This document shows positions 42,913-49,474 of a stretch of DNA of 50,750 nt, piece after piece. The notes under the pieces are model-generated. The model worked only from the letters and a program-made list of their open reading frames with translations. It did not search any database and had not been told where the DNA came from. Both the position numbers and the translations under genes were made by a program. Location of the stretch: the IMG/VR virus record IMGVR_UViG_3300006654_000150, positions 1 to 50,750 of that record; one strand, 5' to 3'. Each line of letters opens with the position of its first letter. Positions within the stretch are counted from its first letter, which is position 1. Source of the stretch: a virus.

Positions 42913-43536
42913 ATGACCGTTGACGCATACCCACTGCACTGGCCGGCGAACTTCCCGCGGACTAAACCGGAAAATCGCAAAGAGGCGAGATTCAACAACG
43001 GCGGAAAGCCACTGACTATCGCTGCCGGCCGGGACAGGATTCTGTCGGAGATCAGCGCCTTCACCCGGTACGGCCACCCTTACCGGATCGATCCGGACCA
43101 GGTGGTTATCAGTTCCGATGTCCCGCTGCGCCGTGACGGACTACCCGCCAGCGGTCGCCGAATGCCGGATGACCCGGGCGTGGCGGTGTATTTCGAGTTG
43201 GATGGAAAGCCAAAGGTATTCCCATGCGATCAATGGGATCGCGTAGCTGACAATATGGCCGCGATTGCCGCCCACTTGGGAGCTATGCGAGGCATTGAGC
43301 GTTGGGGTGTTGGCGACGGCAAGGCTCACTACACCGGCTTTGCCGCCATTGAGCATCAGCCTGCAGAGAAGTGGTATGACGTGCTCGGCTGCAGCGAAGG
43401 CGCCGGCCCTGAAGAAGTGCGGGCTGCATACAAGGTGGCCAGGAAGCAGGCGCATCCGGATCACGGAGGAACTGACGAACAGTTTCACAATGTCCAGCAG
43501 GCTTATGCTGAATGGCAACAGGTAGGTGTGAAATGA
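42913..43536 (+). CDS. J-domain (DnaJ-like) protein
   Basis: C-terminal WYDVLGCSEGAGPEEVRAAYKVARKQAHPDHGG carries the HPD tripeptide. Confidence 0.75.
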   Translation: MTVDAYPLHWPANFPRTKPENRKEARFNNGGKPLTIAAGRDRILSEISAFTRYGHPYRIDPDQVVISSDVPLRRDGLPASGRRMPDDPGVAVYFELDGKPKVFPCDQWDRVADNMAAIAAHLGAMRGIERWGVGDGKAHYTGFAAIEHQPAEKWYDVLGCSEGAGPEEVRAAYKVARKQAHPDHGGTDEQFHNVQQAYAEWQQVGVK

Positions 43537-43790
43537 AATATCACGCACCAACTGGCGAGTTCACCGTCAGCAAGTCCGACATAGAAATGGCAGCGCACTC
43601 ATTCATTTACTCGATCCGGAATATTCGGGAGGCCGCTGGACTGCCGATGACCAAGTATAAGCGAGAAGGGCCCCTTGAGGCTGCCGATCATGCTCAAAAG
43701 GGGCTGATTGATGCAGCGAAGTATATCGGCATCGACCTGGGCGCCGAATGGGGCGAAGACCTGGATGTGAGTGAGCGCGATGACGACTAA
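43533..43790 (+). CDS. Hypothetical protein
   Basis: Start reassigned to ATG 43533 (ATGA). Confidence 0.5.
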   Translation: MKYHAPTGEFTVSKSDIEMAAHSFIYSIRNIREAAGLPMTKYKREGPLEAADHAQKGLIDAAKYIGIDLGAEWGEDLDVSERDDD

Positions 43791-43941
43791 CTACCAGCCC
43801 CGTGGATCAATGTGCGCAGCCTGCAAACACAGAAACGGCCCATGCAGTCACCTGCCCTTTCACGACATGCCCGTGTGCAACGTGCTGCCGGATGGGACGA
43901 AGGTGGTTATTTGCAGTCGGTTCGAAAGGAGGAAGCCATGA
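43780..43941 (+). CDS. Small Cys-rich protein (53 aa, not in the ORF track)
   Basis: MTTNYQPRGSMCAACKHRNGPCSHLPFHDMPVCNVLPDGTKVVICSRFERRKP. Its TGA forms an ATGA with the next start. Confidence 0.4.
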   Translation: MTTNYQPRGSMCAACKHRNGPCSHLPFHDMPVCNVLPDGTKVVICSRFERRKP

Positions 43942-44390
43942 TCGAGTCAGTGTTGAAACCGAAGACTCCCAACAACAGCCTTTGGATCACCCAGGAGGTG
44001 AAACAGTTTTCAGAGTATTCAGCCGTTGGCTATTACCACCCTCGGCTGAAAATCTTTGTAATCAGCGCTGTTGAGGTAGCGGAAAAGGAAATAGGGCCAG
44101 AGTTTCATATATCCATCAGCAAGTCGGTCGGAAACCGCCCGCGTCGATGCTCTATGGCTGAAGCTGAAATGGTGCTCAAGCAATTTGGCGCTGAAGGTGC
44201 CAAGGAGGACAACCACAGCAGTCTGATTCGCAGCTTCTGGATGCCGATCAACGAATCACTAGTTGGCATCGAATGCGACTGCAAAGACGATGAGGCGGTT
44301 GTTCGGGAAGGTGATTTCGAGTGGCGGCCACTGACGCAGGCGAATGCGGACAGGGCGAAGCGATTGAATGATGGGGGCTGGAAGGTATGA
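43938..44390 (+). CDS. Hypothetical protein
   Basis: ATG 43938 follows AGGAGG. 150 aa. Confidence 0.55.
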   Translation: MIESVLKPKTPNNSLWITQEVKQFSEYSAVGYYHPRLKIFVISAVEVAEKEIGPEFHISISKSVGNRPRRCSMAEAEMVLKQFGAEGAKEDNHSSLIRSFWMPINESLVGIECDCKDDEAVVREGDFEWRPLTQANADRAKRLNDGGWKV

Positions 44391-44479
44391 GCAAAATAGC
44401 ACTGAGCGAGTGGAAGAAAGAGAACTACCCAGGCAAGCGCCCCACCCTGCGAACTTTGCAGAACTGGTGGCTGTCATGA
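44387..44479 (+). CDS. 30-codon ORF resembling the N-terminal half of a Xis-type excisionase
   Basis: MSKIALSEWKKENYPGKRPTLRTLQNWWLS compared with lambda Xis MYLTLQEWNARQRRPRSLETVRRWV. ATGA overlaps at both ends. Confidence 0.3.
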   Translation: MSKIALSEWKKENYPGKRPTLRTLQNWWLS

Positions 44480-45027
44480 ATTTGGCTAAAGACATTCCGA
44501 GCCAAGCAGAGCTTCGGAAGATATTCGATTACAACCCCGAAACTGGCGACCTAATATGGCTTCGGAGGCCTGAAAAAGGCTCACAATGGAATGGGCGATT
44601 TGCCGGAAAGGTGGCGGGCACACCTCATAAAGGCTACATCCGCGTAAAACTGGATGGCGAAAAGTATCAGGCTCACAGGCTGATATGGAAATGGGCTTAC
44701 GGTGAAATCCCGAACGACAAGCAGGTTGACCACGAGGATGGAATCGGGAGCCACAACCGACTCAGCAATTTGCGACTGGTGAGCAATCAACAAAACCAGT
44801 TAAACAGATCGGGCAATAAGGGCCGAGGCTATAAGGGCGTCTATCCAAAAGGTAAGCGCTGGAAGGCTGAAATCACCACGCCTGAAGGCCGGAAGTATCT
44901 TGGCATGTTTGACGCACCAGAACAGGCCGCAATTGCCTACGACACAGCGGCGCGGCGATGGCATGGCGAGCATGCCCGATTGAATTTTCCGAACGTATAT
45001 GAGGCAGAAGGTCAGGAGGCAGCATGA
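44476..45027 (+). CDS. HNH homing endonuclease with AP2 domain (paralog 2)
   Basis: HRLIWKWAYGEIPNDKQVDHEDGIGSHNRLSNLR plus GVYPKGKRWKAEITTPEGRKYLGMFDAPEQAAIAYD. The N-terminus aligns with the 11955..12566 product from ATG 44476. Confidence 0.8.
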   Translation: MNLAKDIPSQAELRKIFDYNPETGDLIWLRRPEKGSQWNGRFAGKVAGTPHKGYIRVKLDGEKYQAHRLIWKWAYGEIPNDKQVDHEDGIGSHNRLSNLRLVSNQQNQLNRSGNKGRGYKGVYPKGKRWKAEITTPEGRKYLGMFDAPEQAAIAYDTAARRWHGEHARLNFPNVYEAEGQEAA

Positions 45028-45242
45028 GTGCAGCAGAAAAGATCGAACGATTTCCAGTAACGTGCGGGCGCTGGGTGCGCGGCTCTCTCCTGCCCTCTAT
45101 GTACGGGATCAGCGAGGAAACCGCCCGAAAATATCGGGAGCGCGGCATCTGGCTGGAGGATAAGCACTGGCGCAAAGACCCGATTGGCCGGTATGTTTAT
45201 AACCCTTCAGCGATTGATGACTGGTTTGAGGGGAAGTTGTGA
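45024..45242 (+). CDS. xis: Excisionase
   Basis: 72 aa, directly upstream of and overlapping int. WRKDPIGRYVYNPSAIDDWF resembles the Xis C-terminal wing. Confidence 0.65.
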   Translation: MSAAEKIERFPVTCGRWVRGSLLPSMYGISEETARKYRERGIWLEDKHWRKDPIGRYVYNPSAIDDWFEGKL

Positions 45243-46519
45243 AGCTACCGAAGGGCGTTGAGCGGTTGCCGGCCGGCGTGGAAATCCATGGAAACAGGAT
45301 CCGGATAGCGTTCATGTTCTCCGGCAAGCGCTGCCGGGAACCTCTGCCGGGCGTGGCGAAAGTCACCAAAGGCACGATTGCGTATGCCGAGAACAAGCGG
45401 AAAGTGATACAGACCGAGATTCAGGAAGGCCGGTTTGATTACGCCTCGCACTTCCCCGGGTCCAAAAATGCCGCCCTGTTTAGCGGCTGGGGTGGTCCGG
45501 ACACGGGGCGCTTGGTATCGGAGGGTGTGACCGCCTGGCTGACGATTCAGGAAGGTAAGCGGGCGGTGAGCACCTACCGGAATTACAAGTCGAAGGCCAG
45601 GCATGTAACCGCCAAGTGGCCCCGGCGCCGAATCGCGGACGTGGCTAAATCCGAGATCGAACTATTCCAGACCGAACTATTGCGCCAGGGACTCAGCCCG
45701 AAAACCGCCAACGACATTTTCACGGTGGTGCGCGGCGTTTGGGCGTCAGCATTCTCTGATGGCGTCATTCGCGCCAATCCTCTGGACCGGATCCCGAATG
45801 TGGAGCGCGACCAGTCGGACGATTACGCGGACCCCTTCGACCTGAAAGAGCTTGAGCGCATCCAGTCAGTCAAGACCATGCGCCAGCAGGATATCAATAT
45901 GGTGATGTTCGCCTGTTGGTGTGGGTTGTCGCTGTCGGAATTGCTGGCATTGTCCTGGGATGACGTCGATACCGTTGACTGGGTGATCCATGTAAAGCGA
46001 GCGCGGGTTGAGAATGCGTTCAAGGTGCCGAAAGAACGGGCGCGGATACGTCGGGTTGAATTAATCGAGCCCGCGAAATACTGGCTGCAGCGCCAGCGGG
46101 AATCCACTTATCTGCAGCCGCCTGTGATTATCCAGGTGGTACAGCGGGACAACATTACCGTTAAGGATGACACGTTCAGGCCGGTGTTTCGTAATGGCCT
46201 GAGCAATCTGCCGTGGACCTATGGCAGTCTGTTGCGCTGGTTCTCTGGCCACCTGCGCAGAGCAAAAGTCAGGCATCGAGGCCCAAACCAGTGCCGGCAC
46301 ACGTTCGCCAGTCAAATGCTATCGAATTACGTTAGCCTGGAGTGGGTGGCCCGGCAACTTGGCCACACGGATACCACGATGGTGAAGAAACACTACGGCC
46401 GGTGGATCCAGAAAGACACACCAAATATGGCCGGACAGGTATCAGAAATGTTGGGCTATAAACCGGACAGAAGCGGACAGGAAAGCGCCGATTTTGCCCC
46501 AAAATTGCCCCAAAAATAA
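45239..46519 (+). CDS. int: Tyrosine integrase
   Basis: C-terminal catalytic region CRHTFASQML...LGHTDTTMVKKHYGRW (R, HxxR, Y). GTG start overlapping the xis stop. Confidence 0.9.
   Translation: MKLPKGVERLPAGVEIHGNRIRIAFMFSGKRCREPLPGVAKVTKGTIAYAENKRKVIQTEIQEGRFDYASHFPGSKNAALFSGWGGPDTGRLVSEGVTAWLTIQEGKRAVSTYRNYKSKARHVTAKWPRRRIADVAKSEIELFQTELLRQGLSPKTANDIFTVVRGVWASAFSDGVIRANPLDRIPNVERDQSDDYADPFDLKELERIQSVKTMRQQDINMVMFACWCGLSLSELLALSWDDVDTVDWVIHVKRARVENAFKVPKERARIRRVELIEPAKYWLQRQRESTYLQPPVIIQVVQRDNITVKDDTFRPVFRNGLSNLPWTYGSLLRWFSGHLRRAKVRHRGPNQCRHTFASQMLSNYVSLEWVARQLGHTDTTMVKKHYGRWIQKDTPNMAGQVSEMLGYKPDRSGQESADFAPKLPQK
46465..46479 (+). repeat. Two GGACA copies 10 bp apart (candidate P-arm Int/Xis sites)
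   Basis: cGGACAgaagcGGACAg inside the int 3' end. Same word and phase as the three copies right of the core. Confidence 0.4.
46498..46512 (+). repeat. CCCAAAATTGCCCCA motif, copy 1
   Basis: Shares the 15-nt core with 46680..46702 and 47025..47047. Confidence 0.6.
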
Positions 46520-46560
46520 AAAAGCACCTGACCATTTGCAATGAAATCAGATGCTTGTAT

Positions 46561-46606
46561 TGGCGGAGAGGGAGGGATTCGAACCCTACACCGTCACCGG
46601 ACAGGG
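46561..46606 (-). other. attP core: 3' portion of a class II tRNA (tRNA-Ser-like), not a full gene
   Basis: Minus strand reads ...CCGGTGACGG(variable arm) TGTAGGGTTCGAATCCCTCCCTCTCCGCCA. It has a T-arm, a 3' acceptor strand, G73 and CCA. No 5' acceptor strand or D-arm lies upstream. Confidence 0.7.
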
Positions 46607-46648
46607 GCGGACAACAGCGGAAAATCAGCCGCTTAACGATTTTCGATA

Positions 46649-46673
46649 GGACAATGGCGGACATTATGGGACA
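46649..46673 (+). repeat. Three GGACA copies at exact 10-bp phase (candidate P'-arm sites)
   Basis: GGACAatggcGGACAttatgGGACA. Confidence 0.45.
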
Positions 46674-46679
46674 GTATTT

Positions 46680-46702
46680 CAGCCCAAAATTGTCCCAGGA
46701 GG
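46680..46702 (+). repeat. CAGCCCAAAATTGTCCCAGGAGG leader element, copy 2
   Basis: Matches copy 3 at 21 of 23 positions. Ends in the Shine-Dalgarno sequence of 46711..47022. Confidence 0.7.
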
Positions 46703-46710
46703 ATTAGGTC

Positions 46711-47022
46711 ATGAGCGAACGCGGATCTTGGATTACCGAGTACATCTATTGTGAAGACACCTATACAGCCCTCCGCAAATATTTCGAGGCGAACCTCTGC
46801 CCAGAAAACAAGTACTTTACGCTTTCTTCGGACGAAGATACCTTCAAGCGCTCCATATTGGCCGGCAAAATTGGCGGACTTTATTCTGGCGAGGAGATTG
46901 TCACCTTTGAGCATGAAATGATTCCGGACATTAAAGAGATCATTAAGGTTCCAGTACGGATATGCGTGCTTGCAGAAAGCGGCAGTCGAATTTTTGAGAT
47001 TGAACCTATAGGCAAAAGCTAG
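46711..47022 (+). CDS. Hypothetical att-adjacent cargo protein 1
   Basis: AGGAGG 8 nt upstream. 103 aa with globular-looking composition. Lower GC than the phage backbone. Confidence 0.6.
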   Translation: MSERGSWITEYIYCEDTYTALRKYFEANLCPENKYFTLSSDEDTFKRSILAGKIGGLYSGEEIVTFEHEMIPDIKEIIKVPVRICVLAESGSRIFEIEPIGKS

Positions 47023-47024
47023 GC

Positions 47025-47047
47025 CAGCCCAAAATTGCCCCAAGAGG
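47025..47047 (+). repeat. CAGCCCAAAATTGCCCCAAGAGG leader element, copy 3
   Basis: Ends in the Shine-Dalgarno sequence of 47056..47352. Confidence 0.7.
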
Positions 47048-47055
47048 TGAGCGAT

Positions 47056-47352
47056 ATGATTATAACTGAGTGCGCAAATCATGTGGCAAAATCCATGATC
47101 GCCAAAAAGGAAGCGGTTATCCAGGGCGCTATTAGGTCTCGTATTGGCGATGACTGGAGTGTGCAGAGCTTGGCTGACCGCATTGAATCTGTAACCGTCG
47201 CCCACTCCAGTGTCGAAACTTTCTACCTGGACGGCAAGCCGCTCGTTGAATTTCATCCAGCGGAGCCGACGCGCGATTACCACGACTACAGCCATTACGC
47301 TGGATTTAATCAGAAGTACCGTCTATTTGGCACAGAGCAAGATAGGGCATGA
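47056..47352 (+). CDS. Hypothetical att-adjacent cargo protein 2
   Basis: Start reassigned to ATG 47056 (GAGGTGA 6 nt upstream). 98 aa. Confidence 0.6.
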   Translation: MIITECANHVAKSMIAKKEAVIQGAIRSRIGDDWSVQSLADRIESVTVAHSSVETFYLDGKPLVEFHPAEPTRDYHDYSHYAGFNQKYRLFGTEQDRA

Positions 47353-47603
47353 GAATCACCACCGACATGCTCCGCGAACTGGAGAAAGCCATTGCCCCGG
47401 ACGCTAAAGCGGAAATTCGAATCTATGCTGGCGGGTGCGATATTCGCGTGTGCTGGAATGGAGGCCTAAAGCAGGTCAACCAAAACCTGGGTGTTGTGCA
47501 GCTATCGGAGATCGTGGAGTACCGAGACGAGAAGATGCGGCGGGCCTGGGATAAGGTGATCGAGAAGTTTAGAAGGCTGGCAGCTACAACTCCCAAGCGA
47601 TAG
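47349..47603 (+). CDS. Hypothetical att-adjacent cargo protein 3
   Basis: ATGA overlap with protein 2. 84 aa. Confidence 0.6.
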   Translation: MRITTDMLRELEKAIAPDAKAEIRIYAGGCDIRVCWNGGLKQVNQNLGVVQLSEIVEYRDEKMRRAWDKVIEKFRRLAATTPKR

Positions 47604-48027
47604 AAAACACAACCGCATTGCCCATCAGCGACAGAGACGGCTGCACACTGAAGGCGGTATAGGTCACTGCTGGCGCAATGAGCGGGCATAGCTTTTTGCT
47701 ACCTCCGTCATCCCCTTTCGTGCAATGCGAGTACCCATAAACGCCGCCCGCCAAAACTGATACCCTCACATCCTGATATCTAGCCACCCGCCACCGGTAC
47801 GCCGCCAGAAATGAGTCATCTCCGTGGCTGTTCTCGAAATAGCCGGCCATAATTTGCTCATGCTCAACGGCCAGCAGCTTGTGAGTCTCGTTGTAGTCTC
47901 CGCCGCCTATATGCTTGGACCAGGCGCCCGTATGGAGATAGGTTTCAGCCTGGACGCACAGGGGCAGCAAAAACATCAGGGCATAAAAAAAGCGCCTTGC
48001 GGCGCTTCGGGGGGTCTTGCGTGTCAT
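47584..48027 (-). CDS. Signal-peptide outer-membrane beta-barrel protein, PagP-like (paralog 2)
   Basis: More than half of the aligned residues are identical by eye to the 35641..36081 product over the mature region (YLHTGAWSKH, YNE.H.LLAVE, MAGYF.NS, GGVYGY.HC, CPL..P..TYT...QPS...MGNAV). Confidence 0.45.
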   Translation of the reverse strand: MTRKTPRSAARRFFYALMFLLPLCVQAETYLHTGAWSKHIGGGDYNETHKLLAVEHEQIMAGYFENSHGDDSFLAAYRWRVARYQDVRVSVLAGGVYGYSHCTKGDDGGSKKLCPLIAPAVTYTAFSVQPSLSLMGNAVVFSIAWEL

Positions 48028-48067
48028 GAGTCACCTCTCCATAAGCTCAGGCGGAGGCCGGAACGGC

Positions 48068-48409
48068 TCAGAAATCGACCTCCGGCCATTGAAAAACCGG
48101 CAATTCGGCCAGCAGTTCTTGCTCAGTCGGCACCGGCCGACCGCCAACTTCCACCTCGCTCATCACCTGGTAACAGGTAGCCCACACGTTATCTCGCCAC
48201 TCTACGCCAGCTTGCCCCTCGGCTTGGAACTTGCCGTTCTGGCTGGTGGCATAGGTGCACAGGCTTAGGACGCCGTCATATCCTCGCTCCTGCGCAGTGG
48301 TGTCCAAGTGCTTCTGAACCACCGATGTCAGGCGACTGCGAATTGAGATATCTGCTTCAGCCTGTTTCTGCTCGGCGGTTTTTACTTCCGCATCATCAAG
48401 CCAGCTCAT
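48068..48409 (-). CDS. Hypothetical protein downstream of the tail fibre (possible fibre assembly factor)
   Basis: 113 aa. Overlaps the upstream ORF. Confidence 0.5.
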   Translation of the reverse strand: MSWLDDAEVKTAEQKQAEADISIRSRLTSVVQKHLDTTAQERGYDGVLSLCTYATSQNGKFQAEGQAGVEWRDNVWATCYQVMSEVEVGGRPVPTEQELLAELPVFQWPEVDF

Positions 48410-48716
48410 CGATCACCTCCGGCGCGTCGTAGTCTGGTAGTTTCACGGGGCCGTCCTGCGTCACTTCGATCGGATCCGGAAAGCGCGTAGAATGCGGTGC
48501 GTTAGGGCCGTGAGGCAAGCGCAGGGTGCATTCGTAGTCGTCACCAATGCGACCCACAGACCCTAGAATGGGATGTTGTGCTGTTGCCCCTTCGGGCAGC
48601 TGTGAAAGGTCGTAGTTGGCACCGTCCACGGTCAACACAGGAGCGGCGTAGGTTACTTCCGGCCGTGACTCGTCAGAGCGGACCGGGGATAAATTAAGGG
48701 TTAGCATTAGAACCAC
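48396..48716 (-). CDS. Hypothetical protein downstream of the tail fibre
   Basis: 106 aa. Overlaps the fibre gene stop. Confidence 0.5.
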   Translation of the reverse strand: MVLMLTLNLSPVRSDESRPEVTYAAPVLTVDGANYDLSQLPEGATAQHPILGSVGRIGDDYECTLRLPHGPNAPHSTRFPDPIEVTQDGPVKLPDYDAPEVIDELA

Positions 48717-49459
48717 CTCCCTATTGCTATCGCGCTTGCTCCGTTTAGAGCAAAACTTCCAAAACTTCTAAAAGATAAAAAGTCCAAGTCGGAGCTAGTC
48801 GTATTGGTAGTGTGTACCTTTCCAGATGTAAATTGGTCTTCCCCGTTCTGGGATACTGAAATTGATACAGAGGGTTTCAAAGGAGAGAACGCTGCAGGGA
48901 ATGTCCACGCTTCTCTGTGCCTGTAGATATTGATGCCCTGGAGGATGTAAGTGGAATCAACAACCGTTGAAATCCCAAAATCTACCTTACAAATCATCGT
49001 CCCGTCCGCGAACTTCGTGTACTCCCCGTTCGCGTTGCTGCCGCGCTCGATGATGGCGCCAGTTGGAATGCCGCCTGACTGGGAGGCTGTGCCTAGAATA
49101 TTGTCAGATTTGTAGTAGTCGCCTTGAATATCAGCTAGGGAGCCGTCAATAAGGCGCATGGCTCGGGTGAATGTAGTTGCTGTTTCTATATCCCCTTGGC
49201 TCATCTCGGGTAGATTGTTTTGTGCCGTGAAGTCTCGCCAGATCGCATAGGCCAGACCAGAGCCCGACGGTCCAGCGTAGTTGGCGTTCAGCGTCATCTG
49301 CTCATTGCTATCAACACTACCCACGGTATACGGAACGCCGGTGCCGGCAACGGTGAAGCCATCGCCCGGGCTGACATTGGAAAGCCACAGCGTGCCGGTG
49401 CCGGTGACTACCTGGCTTCCGTTTGTTGCTGATACTGTGCCGGTTTTGTATTGGCTCAC
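48707..49459 (-). CDS. Tail fibre protein
   Basis: N-terminus TGTVSATNGSQVVTGTGTLWLSNVSPGDGF. C-terminal receptor-binding-type end GEYTKFADGTMICK...AIGRWF. Confidence 0.7.
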   Translation of the reverse strand: MSQYKTGTVSATNGSQVVTGTGTLWLSNVSPGDGFTVAGTGVPYTVGSVDSNEQMTLNANYAGPSGSGLAYAIWRDFTAQNNLPEMSQGDIETATTFTRAMRLIDGSLADIQGDYYKSDNILGTASQSGGIPTGAIIERGSNANGEYTKFADGTMICKVDFGISTVVDSTYILQGINIYRHREAWTFPAAFSPLKPSVSISVSQNGEDQFTSGKVHTTNTTSSDLDFLSFRSFGSFALNGASAIAIGRWF

Positions 49460-49474
49460 TCCAAACCCCTCCCG

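Noticed and set aside
43802-44074. 90-aa track ORF, and the long N-terminal extension of 43812..44390
   Set aside because: Both are alternative frames or extensions over a region better explained by a 53-codon ATGA-coupled ORF (43780..43941) and a gene starting at ATG 43938 behind AGGAGG.
46561-46640. Possible complete tRNA gene after int
   Set aside because: Only the variable arm, T-arm and 3' acceptor strand with CCA are present. The upstream AGCGG/CCGCT hairpin has an 8-nt loop, and no D-arm or 5' acceptor strand exists. It is an attP core fragment and not a gene.
46633-47295. 220-aa minus-strand ORF spanning the att-adjacent cassette
   Set aside because: It runs antisense across two plus-strand genes that have strong Shine-Dalgarno sequences and ATGA coupling. 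It also crosses their intergenic leader and extends into the attP arm repeats, and it has no RBS. Its length in an AT-richer stretch is surprising, and the 23-nt repeat falls in frame twice (LLGQFWA), so this rejection is not absolute.
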